Below, one piece after another: positions 26,532-38,460 of a stretch of DNA of 64,000 bases. Position 1 is the first letter of the stretch; every line of letters starts with the position of its first letter. The notes under the pieces were generated by a model. The model was not told the DNA's origin. It made no database searches and saw nothing but the letters and a program-made list of their open reading frames with translations. The position numbers and the translations under genes were made by a program. Where the stretch lies: the NCBI GenBank assembly GCA_964016885.1, contig OZ024747.1:26846001-26910000 (forward strand), written 5' to 3'. The DNA is from Eledone cirrhosa (taxonomy: Eukaryota).

Positions 26532-26742
26532 ATATATGAAAAATTCGAGACCCCAATGGCTGGGCTCCAACCACTTCAACAGCTAGATCTGGATCTAGCT
26601 GTTAAAACGGTAGTAGCCCAGCCGTCGGGGTCTCAAATGTTTCATATATCCCACTCTACTACCCCAAATATTGAGTACTCTGGTGAGTAATGGTCTAATT
26701 GGATTTTTACTGCATCCATTCTGATTTATGCCTATATATATA

Positions 26743-26864
26743 TAGGAAAAAGTATGACCCCGACGGCAGAGCTCAAGCCGTTTCAACAGCTATTTCTGGA
26801 CTAAATTAGAATTTTTAGCCAGGTGAATAAATAGCTGAACTTGTCAAGGGGGTACTTCCTTATA
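26743..26864 (-). ncRNA. Hammerhead ribozyme copy in inverted pLTR
   Basis: Minus strand reads ccccc-TTGACAA-gttcagctattt...aaatagctgtt-GAAA-cggc..gccg-TC-gggg. Stem II pairing is preserved. Confidence 0.7.
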
Positions 26865-27710
26865 TGGGAGGATTGTAGTTGTCAGGAGGATTGGTTAAAA
26901 TTTGTTGTAAACACAAATAAGTCTATCATGGCATTTGGTGGGAGGTAGGGGTGGCTGAACTTGCCTGTAGAACAATAGGGGATGAGTGGAGCGGTCAGGC
27001 ATTGAAAGTGATATGTATACAGCAGATTCTAAGGATAGTGTATGAAGTGGAGGAGGGAGGTTATAGAATAGGTAAATCGAATGAGAGTAGGAGACAATAA
27101 AAGATAATAGAAAGAAATAAAAAGATATATAAAATTAGATAGTGAGAAATGAAAAAAAAAAAAAAAAACCACAATGCTATCTTACAATTACAGGTTAATA
27201 AGTTGAGAATAGAAAAAACTTGTAGAAATTGAGTAGTACCAAAACGGATACAAAAATAAAAAGGGTTTAACACGTCTGCTATAAGTAGTTAGTAAAACGT
27301 ATTCGGCCAATTCTATCTTAGAATCTTAAAATTACGGGGGAAGGGGGGGGGGGGGGATGATGCTACAGAGGCCCGATGGGCTGCATCGGGGTAGGCGAAA
27401 GGGGAAAAGCAGACGAGGAAGAAAATAGGGGGTGGAAGGAAGTGATAGGGTGAGACAGGGGGGAGAAGACAATGAGGAAAAGAAAAGAAAAGAGATACAT
27501 CTACCTATGTAAGCTGGGGTTTCCCCTAACTTATTCGGCAAGTGGGGGGGTATCAGCCCTTGTTTACCCACTCGGGTCATTATGGGATTTGAGGCCGAGG
27601 TAAGTCCTACGCAATCTGTGTTTGCATGCAGTTACCAGTTCGTCTTTCTTGTTTAGGAGTTGGTCCTTCGAAATTTTAACCAATCCTCCTGACAACTACA
27701 ATCTTCCCAT

Positions 27711-27832
27711 ATAAGGAAGTACCCCCTTGACAAGTTTGGCTATTTATTCACCAGGTTAAAAATTCTAATTTAGTCCAGAAATAGCCGTCGAAACGGCTTG
27801 AGCTCTGCCGTCGGGGGTCATACTTTTTCCTA
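27711..27832 (+). ncRNA. Type I hammerhead ribozyme (U3-A8 core variant) in PLE pLTR
   Basis: Stem I CCCCC(27722-26)/GGGGG(27813-17); core TTGACAA(27727-33); stem II g..ggctattt/aaatagcc..c; GAAA(27790-93); stem III CGGC/GCCG; GUC cleavage triplet ending at 27812. Confidence 0.75.
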
Positions 27833-28001
27833 TTTCCCACTCTACTACTCTAAGTATTGAGTACTCTGGTGCATTATGGTCCATCTGGTTCCTTACCACA
27901 TTTCCTTTGTTATTTAGCTCCTATCTCTAGTAGAGCACTTTCCGACTCTACCACACCATATCCCGACATTTCCACCCAGCTCAAGTTTCTTCACCCACAC
28001 A

Positions 28002-30090
28002 ATGCGAAAACACATCAACTTCTCCACCAAGAACATCCCAGTTCCACCGAGAAAACTTTATCTTCGGATGCTCACGCAAAAAATCGACCTTTTTGCGAAA
28101 AGAGTAAGATGGAGAACTTTTTTCTACGATAGATACCTCGACAATCAGGACTTCTTCGACACCAAGGAGAGATTCGGATTCAATACCTACAAATCTCCCC
28201 CTCCGAACCCTATGCTCTCACCCTTCGAGAACGACCTTTTTCACCTGGTCAAGAGTATTAAATTCAAACCCAGACACAACAGATTCCTACAACAACTCCG
28301 TAGCAAAATAACAGAGTATGAAAACACCAACGACATCATGGTGCACTCGGACAAAACTGGAAACCTCTACTTCGTCAACCCTGACAGATACCACACACTG
28401 ATCAGGAGTAGCCTAAATTCCACCTATAAAAAGGCTAACCATTCAATTATCGAGGACATAAATCGAGATGGACAACAAATTATCTCCAGCCTCGGGGCCG
28501 CCGACTGCACTGAACCCCACGGACTCCCGACTTCACACTGAAGGACCACAAATCCGACTTCGACCGCAAACCATCCATTAGGCTTCTAAACCCAACGAAG
28601 TCGGACATAGGGAGAATCAGTAAAAAGATCCTAGACCGAGTTATACCAAAAGTTAAGCAAAACGTCAGCACCCAGGAAGTAATCTCATGGTTCAGGAATA
28701 TGGGGGACAAATGAGATGCAAAATTCATCCAATTTGACATAGAGAGTTACTATGCATCTATTACCTTACCATCCTTACGGCCACCTTGGACTTTGCCGAA
28801 ACACTCACACCTATCACTGACCAGGAAAGAAATATCATTCTCCACGCCAGGAAGACAGTCCTACTTTTCGACAACTCCAAGTGGATAAAGAGAGCTCCTG
28901 ACTCCCCCTTCGATGTCAGTATGGGCGCGACGGATTTGGCCGACGTCACAGATCTTATAGGATTATTCCTACTATTTAAACTCACCGAAATGCTTCCTGC
29001 ATTCGGCGGTGGATTGTACCGGGATGATGGGCTCCTCACCCTCAAAGGGTACAACCCCAGTAGTACAGACCGGGTCTGTAAACAACTAATCAACTTCTTC
29101 CGGGACTGGGGATTTAAAATCACCCTACAAACGTCCTTAGCCCGAGTCAATTTCCTGGACGTTACCCTTAACCTCGAAAATGATCTGTACTACCCATACA
29201 GAAAACCAAATGATAACCTGCACCACATCCACCGCCACTCTAACCATCTTAGAAACATCACCAATAACCTGGTTAAAAACATGTCCCTCCGCATATCTCG
29301 TTTGTCCGCTAATGAGCAGATATTCGATGAACACGCACCTCATTACAACCAGGCCCTCAAGCGGAGTGGCTTCCGGGAGGAAATATCCTTTTATCCAGCT
29401 TCCCATAGAGGAACCAGCAGGCAACACCGCCGCTCACGCAAAGTAATGTGGTTCAATCCTCCCCATAATGCAGAGGTGACAACACCTATCGGGAAAATCT
29501 TCTTTAGACTCCTCGAAAAACACTTCCCACTACAACACCGCTACCACCACATAATCAACAAAAACACCATCAAACTCTCCTACAGCACCACACCTAACTT
29601 CGCACAAAACATCGTCTCCTCAAACAACAAAAAACTCAACCCCTATGGAAGAAATAAGCTAGACATCAGTGGAGAGCCGACCGGGAGGTGTAACTGCCCT
29701 GATAGATCTACGTGCTCTCTCAACAACAAATGCCGAGAACGTAACGTGATCTACCAGTGCAACGTGAGGACGGACACCTCCAACAAAGCTTATATAGGAT
29801 TAACCGCATGTGACTTCAAGACATACTTTCTGAAACCCCGTCCGGCGACATGTCACTACACTTTCGGGCCACATCTGGGACATCCAAGATAATAATATAA
29901 CCTACAATCTCACTTGGAGCTTACTGTCCAGAGCTAACTCTTACATGGGAGGATGCCGTCCGTGTAACTTATGCTCGGAGGAAACATTACAAATACTGTT
30001 TTCGAAGGACCAACTCCTAAACAAGAAAGACGAACTGGTAACCGCATGCAAACACAGATTGCATAGGACTTACCTCGCCCTCAAACCCAT
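28002..30090 (+). pseudogene. Disrupted PLE reverse transcriptase / GIY-YIG endonuclease ORF
   Basis: Motifs in order: NFSTKNIPVP, SDKTGNLY, QFDIESYY, MGA, LYRDDGL, VNFLDV, YRKP, Cys linker CNCPDRSTCSLNNKC, VIYQC..AYIG, CNLC..LLNKK. Several frameshifts and a TGA near 28712. Confidence 0.9.
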
Positions 30091-30802
30091 AATGACCCAG
30101 GTGAGTAGACAAGAGCTGATACCCACCCCCCACTTCCCGAATAAGTTAGGGGAAACCCCAGCTTACATAAGTAGATGTATCTCTTTTCTTTTCTTTTCCT
30201 CATTGTCTTCTTCTCCCCCCTGTCTCATCCTATCACTTCCTTCCACCCCCTATTTTCTTCCTCGTCTGCTTTTCCCCTTTCGCCTACCCCGATGCAGCCC
30301 ATCGGGCCTCTGTAGCATCAGTTCCCCCACCCCTGTAATTTAAAGATAGAATTGGCCGAATACGTTTTACTAACTACTTATAGCAGACGTGTTAAACCCC
30401 TTTAATTCTGTATCAGTTCTGGTACTACTCAATTTCTACAAGTTTTTTTCTATTCTCAACTTATTAACCTGTAATTGTAAGATAGCACTGTGATTTTTTT
30501 TGATTTTTTTTTTTCATTTCTCACTATCTAATTTTATATATTTTTTTATTTCTTTCTATTATCTTTTATTGTCTCCTACTCTCATTCGATTTACCTATTC
30601 TATAACATCCCTCCTCCACTTCATACACTATCCTTAGAATCTGCTGTATGCATATCACTTTCAATGCTTGACCGCTCCACTCATCCCCTATTGTTCTACA
30701 GGCAAGTTTAGCCACCTCTACCTCCCACCAAATTCCATGATAGACTTATTCGTGTTTACAACAAATTTTAACCAATCCTCCTGACAACTACAATCTTCCC
30801 AT

Positions 30803-30922
30803 ATAAGGAAGTACCCCCTTGACAAGTTCGGCTATTTATTCACTAGGCTAAAAATTCTAATTTAGTCCAGAAATAGCCGTCGAAATGACTTGAGCTCTGC
30901 CGTCGGGGTCATACTTTTTCCT
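30803..30922 (+). ncRNA. Hammerhead ribozyme copy in 3' pLTR (stem III decayed)
   Basis: Same architecture as 27711-27832, but stem III 5' strand CGGC has become TGAC. Confidence 0.6.
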
Positions 30923-31449
30923 ATTTCCCACTCTACTACTCTAAGTATTGAGTACTCTGGTGCATTATGGTCCATCTGGTTCCTTACCACATTTCCTTTG
31001 TTATATATATATATATATACATATATATACACACATGCATACTTATACATACTTATACATATATATATATATATACATCATGTTGATGGTGATATATTTA
31101 TATTTATATATAGTATGAATATGAGTGTCTATAATGATGTAAGAAGAGACAAACAAGAAACAAAGGAAGAATGGTAGATGTGGTAGATAGAGGGGAAGCT
31201 TCGTGAGTGGGCAGGGGTAGTAATATAGAAATTAAAACATATTTTATATTTACTGTCTTTATTTAGTATCTTCCACTCACTGACCTTACATGAAGCAAAG
31301 AACACAGTGAGAAAAATTTCGAAGACGTCATTCACTATGAAAGGTTTTCAGTGTAGATGAAGAAGCAACAACAACACTAACAACAGCATCAGCAATAAAA
31401 TAAAATAAATTGATGGTAATTAATATGATGACGTTGATAATAATTATCA

Positions 31450-32230
31450 TGGTGGAAGTTGTGCAGAACGGTTAGAACATCAGACAGATGCTTTGTGGTA
31501 TTTGTTCTATCTCTTTATAAGTATTTGACCAGCATTTTATTTTCTCAACCCTAAAAGGATGAAAGGCAAAGTTGACCTTGGCGAGATTTGAACATTGAGT
31601 GTAAAGCATCAGAACAAATGTCACAGAGTATTTTACCTGATGTTGTATTTCTTAATAATTGTTTCTACTTTAGGCACAAAGCCAGCAATTACCAGTACAT
31701 TACTGGTACTTTATTTTATCAACCCCGTAAGGATGAAAGGCAAAGTTAACCTCGGCGGGATTTGAACTCAGACTTTAAAGAGACGTAATCATGCTAGAAA
31801 GCATGGCGTCCAAACCTCTACTGATACTGCCAATTCACCGCCCTTTCTAATCTAGAAACAAGGCCTGCAATTTGTGAGGAGCAAGAAAAATCAATTACAT
31901 CGACTCCAATATGTGACTTGTACTTCATTTTATCAACCTCAGAAGGATGAAAGGTAAAGTTTAATTTGGCAGGATTTGAACTCAGAATGTAAAGAGCCAG
32001 AACAAATACTGCAATGGCGTTTTATTGGATACTCCACCCATCCACCAATCTATCACCCTATATATTGATTTATAAATTAGGCACAAGGCTAGCAAATTTG
32101 GGTAAAGGGCAAAGTTGACGATACCAACCCCAGTACCTGATTGGTACTTTATTTTGTTGACCCCAAAAGGATGAAATCAAAATTGACCTCAGCAGAATGT
32201 AAAGAGCTGGAACAAATGTTGTAAAGCATT
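31450..32230 (-). mobile_element. Cluster of four Meta/MESC-like SINE copies of different ages
   Basis: Repeated ggatgaaaggcaaagtt..ggatttgaactcag. The youngest copy is at about 31655-31843. Confidence 0.8.
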
Positions 32231-33534
32231 ACTTAATAATAATAATAACTCACAAAATAATCGCCACATGCACTCAGTTCTTACATTGCACTACTCACTA
32301 CAATAACTAAGATATTAATACTCTTGGTTTCCAAATACTTTAAATTGATAAATCTTATATATCAATAAACATGTCAATGCAATTTATATAATGAATAAGA
32401 CTGTCCAGATATATACAGTACGAAAAACAAAAATGAAGAAAAACAAGGGGATAATAAAGAAGAAAAATAATTAGGGGGAATAATAAGGAAGAAGAAAAGA
32501 GAAAGAAGACCTACACACCCAATCACATGCCACAATGAGGGATACTGGAACCTCCTTTTAATAATTTTTGTGGCAAGCCAACACATACACTTAGCATTGC
32601 CATGGGTGATAATGAGATTAAGATGCTGGAATAACGAAGCACTTTCACAGGCATGCATGTATGCATGGTCCTATAACTCGCAAGGGAATTGTAGGGGCAC
32701 CATATCGACATACAGTGTTTCTAGGATACTTTTGAACCTGGCAGAACCCAGGTCTGAAAATAGCAGATTTATAGTATGCACCACCCCACAAGCCATTCTT
32801 CTACACTTAATTTCCTTAATCGGAGCTGTGAAACTGCACAGTCAGGACTCTGAAGAAAAATTCGGTATTTTTTGTCCATTTGCTCTTCACACTTATAAAG
32901 CTTTGATTATTTATTTAATTCATTCATTCATCGAGCAAAACTGGTAAAGGATGGACACCACATATATATGTGTTTATACTTAGGTATCTATATGTATGTG
33001 TATCTTCTATAATTTGTTCTAATTCCCTTATGGTTAAGTAAAAAAAATTAGGCTGAAATAGACTGCTCCTTCTAGCTACTCTGTTACTCGCCAACAGTCT
33101 ACCCTTTATTACCCCTCTGTATTGACCATAAAACCATGTAATAATTTTCCCTTTCAAAAATTTCACTGCTAGCAGTCAGTTCTTACATTGAAGGACAACC
33201 TCACAGCTTGAGTGCACTTTAATTTTTAATGTGATACAACCATAGTATTGGTTTATATTTTTTAAGAATATCTTGCTAATGTAGATTCATGTGGTTAATA
33301 TAGAGGAATAAGGATGGTGAGTTGGTAGGCACAGTAGAGTACCAAACTAAACATTTATTTTTTCAGTTTAAATTCTGTTAGAGCTGACTGTTTATCATTA
33401 CAAAACTTTACAGGAATTGTCAAGTTTTTTAGATGACTGAAGGGTCAGGCAACATGAATGGACCTGTCATTTTTATCTAAAGACATTTTTTCCAATTCCA
33501 CCCGGCCCATCCCTTCAATCTATCTAATTTCTCA

Positions 33535-33580
33535 TTCTTTTTTTCTGATGAAGAACTAGCCTCCGAAACGTTAAAACCCT
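33535..33580 (+). ncRNA. Minimal hammerhead motif (PLE-derived relic)
   Basis: tttt-CTGATGA-agaactagcctcc-GAAA-cgtta-aaa. Canonical core, palindromic minimal stem III, weak stem II. Confidence 0.5.
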
Positions 33581-33984
33581 CTTCCTGTTATTTCAAGTGT
33601 TAACCGAATATATTCCTTCCATATACTATACCGATGGTGTTGTTATTTCTGTTTACCTTTTAAATGTATATATATATGTATGTATTATATGTATGTATAC
33701 ATGCATATGTACAAAAAAAGAACACTCAATACATTCTGTAGAGTTTGTTTACATTACTTTCTATTTGATTTCTCCAAATTTTCCCCCCAAAATGTGTGTG
33801 TGTGTGTGAGTGTCATGTTTCAAATAGGTAGTATGACTAAAAATGTTGGTGTGAGGAAGGGCATCTGGCTACAAAACACTGTCTCAATCGGTGCCAACAT
33901 TGAAAATTCAATGTAAAAACAATGATGACGATGATGATGTGTGTATATAAACACACACACACATATATATATATATAAATATAT

Positions 33985-35080
33985 GGACCATTACAGCTGA
34001 TTAAGGACCAAATTAACTTAGAGGAGATGCAGTTTGTATTTGTGCCAGGTAAAAGTACCAATGATGCCCACTTCCTTGTAAGGCAACTGAAGCAGTGCCT
34101 AGCAAAAAATAATCCACTCTATTTGACATTTATTGACCAGGAGAAAACTTTTGACTGAGTCTCTCATTCCACAATCTAGTGAACTCTTAGGAAACTAGGC
34201 GTAGAAGAGATTAAATCTGGCTGCTCATGATGATCTAACCCTCATAGCTGAATCGATGACAGAATTAGAAAAGAAATTCCTGACCTGGAAGCATAGCTTG
34301 GAATCAAAAGGTCTTAAAGTCAACTTGGCAAAGACTAAAGTCCTAGTAAGTAGAAAGGAAAACAGGGTCCTGATCCTTTCAGGGAATTGGCCTTGCTCAG
34401 TGTGTAGGAAAGAGATGGGTAGAAATTCTATCCTTTGTCCCAAATGCAAACTATAGATACGCAAGAGATGTAATGGGATCTCAGGCAGGCTAACAATGAA
34501 CATAGGTTTCATATGTGTCAGTGCACAGAAGCAATAAGCAGTAAGAGCTCACAGGAAACAAGCTTCTTTAAATGCTCAGAAGGCACCATAGAAGTAGTCA
34601 ACAATTTCTGTTACTTGAGTGATCAAATTAGCAGTGGAGGTGTATTCTGAAAGTATGATAGCCAAAGTCAGAACGAGAGAGCAAAAGTTCAGGGAGCTAC
34701 TACTGCTGCTAGCTATGAAAGGTTTTTCCTTCAAAATGAAAGACAGACTGTATGATGCTTATGTATAAACAACAATGCTGCATGAAAATGAGATCTGGGT
34801 ACAGGGTGCAGAGGAGCTATGAAGATTGGAAAGAAAGTTTGAATGCTCTGATGGCTGTGTAATAATAGTGTGCATGAACGGCAAATCATCAATGAACTGA
34901 GAGATAAACTAGGCATTAGGGGGATAAGACGCAATGTGCAGGAGAAGAGATTGCAGTGATATGAACATGCGATGTGTATGGTGGAGGACAGCTGTATCAA
35001 AAGGTGCAAGATGCTTGAAGTTGAAGGAAACTATGGAAGAGTGAAACCTAGAAAAACTTGGGATGAAGTGTTAAATGCTG
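33985..35080 (+). mobile_element. Degenerate PHD-RTE LINE fragment
   Basis: Colinear with the 18-20 kb element (GKSTNDA, DDLTLIAES, WPCSVCRK, CYL, ccTAGAAAAACTTGG), with many stops. Confidence 0.8.
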
Positions 35081-35566
35081 AGTTTGCACAATTAATTCTT
35101 GAGTTTCCTAAGAGTTTGATATGTTTGGGGGAGCTGAGCCACTGACAATGAAGTTCTTATCATTGTTGGTAGATCACCTCACCAAGATGACAGGTGATGT
35201 TTGTGAGGGTGCCTGGTTGTTCTAGTGCCTTAGCCTCGCTATCACTCATGGTAATGCTGCAAGCATGTTGGCTTGCCTCAAAAAGTGTAAGTGTGGGGGG
35301 GGGGGGGGCTCTGACATCCCATGTGGTGCATGACCAATTGACACACTTAGTGTTGACTTAATATTTTCTTTTGCTTTGATTCTATATTTTTATATGAAAT
35401 ATTTATGTAATTAAATATTGTATATATTATTTGAGTATATTTTCATTCTGTAAATTAAAATGTATTTCACTGCAAATCAAATAAAAACTAGCAGAACATT
35501 TGATCAAAGATGTTACAGCTATAACCATCCATTATTTTTGTTCACCAAGAACTAAATTATTAAATA

Positions 35567-37054
35567 CTAGCAGTAAAGCCCGGCGTTGCTCGGGGTCGCT
35601 CAGTAGCTGTGTTAAAGTTACAATGTTAAGTTTCTTTCTTGGCTTAAAAACTGTAGTGTCTACTGTGCAGACTTGCATGTGGTGTTTTTGATTAATATTC
35701 CCTCAACCAACAATATGCCTTATGAAGTTAAGAAAACATAACGATAACCCGAATGTTATAACAAAAGAGGATGCTGGGGATAGAAACTGCACTGGTTATT
35801 TATTAACAAAGATCGAAAATGTAAACACTGCAACGCAGAGAAAAACATTAGCGTAACCAAATTATCAGTTATGTCTGTCTGCACGCCTATATCACCTCTC
35901 TGCACGACTGTCTGTCTGCACGCCTATATCACCTCTCTGCACGACTATCTGTCTGCACGCCTATATCACCTCTCTGCACGACTATCTGTCTGCACGCGTA
36001 TATCACCTCTCTGCACGACTGTCTGTCTGCACGACTGTCTGTCTGCACGCCTAACGACGAAATATTTGCTTGTTTTACGTAGTCTTTAAATAGACTTGTT
36101 TTCAAGTAAAAATATTGTTTTAAAATGCTTTTAAATGGAAATGAAGCAAAACGGAAGCTTAGTGTTCGAACTGATGAATTTTGCAGGTCAATATTTTGCT
36201 GGCTCGACAACTGAGAAAGCCAGCGTAATTTTTTACGTAAGACGCTCAATGTAAACAGAACAAAGGGAAATAACTGATAACTTACGCTCAAAAATCGATA
36301 CATTATATTCGATTTCGTCACATAGGGTGGGTCAATTTGAAATTATTTTTTTTTCCGATGTCTTCGCTAGGGCTCAATGTACAAGTATAGCAATTTCGGT
36401 GCAATTCCGTGAGAGATTCTAAGAGGAGATGTGTGCCAAAAATCGATAGACAGACAGACAACCACAGTTTTATATATATAGATGTCTGTCTGCACGCCTA
36501 TATCACCTCTCTGCACGACTATCTGTCTGCACGCCTATATCACCTCTCTGCACGACTATCTGTCTGCACGCGTATATCACCTCTCTGCACGACTGTCTGT
36601 CTGCACGACTGTCTGTCTGCACGCCTAACGACGAAATATTTGCTTGTTTTACGTAGTCTTTAAATAGACTTGTTTTCAAGTAAAAATATTGTTTTAAAAT
36701 GCTTTTAAATGGAAATGAAGCAAAACGGAAGCTCAGTGTTCGAACTGATGAATTTTGCAGGTCAATATTTTGCTGGCTCGACAACTGAGAAAGCCAGCGT
36801 AATTTTTTACGTAAGACGCTCAATATAAACAGAACAAAGGGAAATAACTGATAACTTACGCTCAAAAATCGATACATTATATTCGATTTCGTCACATAGG
36901 GTGGGTCAATTTGAAATTTTTTTTTTCCGATGTCTTCGCTAGGGCTCAATGTACAAGTATAGCAATTTCGGTGCAATTCCGTGAGAGATTCTAAGAGGAG
37001 ATGTGTGCCAAAAATCGATAGACAGACAGACAACCACAGTTTTATATATATAGA
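35567..37054 (-). mobile_element. Non-autonomous Helitron with duplicated 5' segment
   Basis: Minus strand A|TCTATATATATAAAA (37054) through hairpin (35578-35596) to CTAG|T (35567). Internal 35-bp tandem repeats. The roughly 570-bp 5' part is present twice. Confidence 0.85.
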
Positions 37055-38460
37055 TGACTTTTCACTTTTAAAAACAGTAAAGTGTAGGTCAAGGGAAATT
37101 TAAGCCACTGACTAATGACATTCCAGCTGTGACCGTCCAAACTTCTATTTTCGTATTTGTTATCATTTAAGCATAGTGTGTCTACAACAATATCATTGTC
37201 CAATGTGTCCTTCTTATTTTAAATAGAGTAGTGTCTGATTTGAGGAAGATTTGGCTCCTATCTCTAGCAGGTTAAGCAATGCAAAAGCTCCCTTGTCTGT
37301 TAGCTGTTGTTATTGTGTTGTTTAGTCACTGGTCAACCAATGATTGTATATATATATATATCATCATCATCGCCGTTTTACGTCCGTTCTTCCACGCTAG
37401 CATGTGTTAGACGGGTTATCCTGTTGTGGGCAGTGTCCGGTTGGCTGACCTCCTTGTCTTGCTCATACGGGAACTGATTCTGGCTTGATTTCTACAGCTG
37501 GATGCCCTTCCTAACACCAACCTCATTTACATATATATATATATATATATAATAACAATGAATAACCAGTTTAGATTTACAGCATCAGTTTACTCTACAA
37601 ACATTTCAATGTAGGAGGGCGAGCCACACATCAATAATATACTGGGTGTCAGCCCTCTCAGGAACATGAATGTTGTTACAAACATCCAAATACAAACAAG
37701 TAAAAGGTGACATTATAATATAGGTCAGACTCATAAAGCAAAAAACAGCATGTCAATTGTTATTACTTTTAAAAATGACAAAAGGTGTACTTAAAAGCAA
37801 AAGAAGCAATGAAATTAAAAAAATGATATATATATATATGAATGTAACTTGTGTTTGTTTGTTTCTTGAAATGCAGCAGTTTAACTAAATAAGTACCAAA
37901 CTTGGAAAAATTTCACTAAACCTCATTATATTTGTGCTGTAGTGTGGTTACAGTTTATTGAATATAACCAGTAAGTAAAAGACAGCTAGGGACAGATAGA
38001 TAGATCAAGAGAGAGATTTATACAGATTTATCATAGAGCATTGCATGTATGAAGGAAGTGAGTCAGACAATTATGAAAAGAGCTCTTCTGTGTTTTTTTC
38101 ACTCTTGTTTTATGATTTCCTGTTACACAGGGAGGAGGAAAATTATGGGATAGTCAACTGTTTTGACCTAATGAATCTCTTCAATTGCATACACCCTTTA
38201 TTTGTTTTAAAGTATGACCAAACCCAGTACTTTGGATTGAAAACTGACCTGCTTGGAACCTATTTTCAACAAGTGGAAAATAGTTTCTTATTGGGAGCAA
38301 GAGCTATTCTCCGGAATAAAATTCCATTTTGTGTGAAATATGGCTCCATAAAATAAATTGACTAATGCCTAGTATAAGTTGATATAAAGATTATACATCT
38401 GGGATAAATTGCTATTAAGGATATATTTTTATGGAATATTAATTAACCTCAAGCATTTTA

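Larger units (their letters stand above)
26743..31002 (+). mobile_element. Penelope-like retroelement (Neptune-type) with inverted 5' pLTR
   Basis: 26743-27672 is the reverse complement of about 30000-30922, and 27672-27912 is a direct copy of about 30763-31002. The two frame an RT + GIY-YIG ORF. Both ends abut (TA)n. Confidence 0.92.

Noticed and set aside
28700-28720. In-frame TGA in the PLE ORF as possible selenocysteine (as in Naiad PLEs)
   Set aside because: The element has a C-terminal GIY-YIG (not the Naiad order) and several frameshifts. The TGA is simply explained as CGA>TGA decay, and I saw no SECIS.
35871-36050. Regularly spaced 35-bp repeats reminiscent of a CRISPR array
   Set aside because: The units are head-to-tail with no unique spacers, lie inside a eukaryotic Helitron, and there are no cas genes.
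38045-38356. 103-aa ORF with a plausible internal + strand acceptor near 38130
   Set aside because: No recognisable motif or linked upstream exon. Cannot be distinguished from chance without RNA data.
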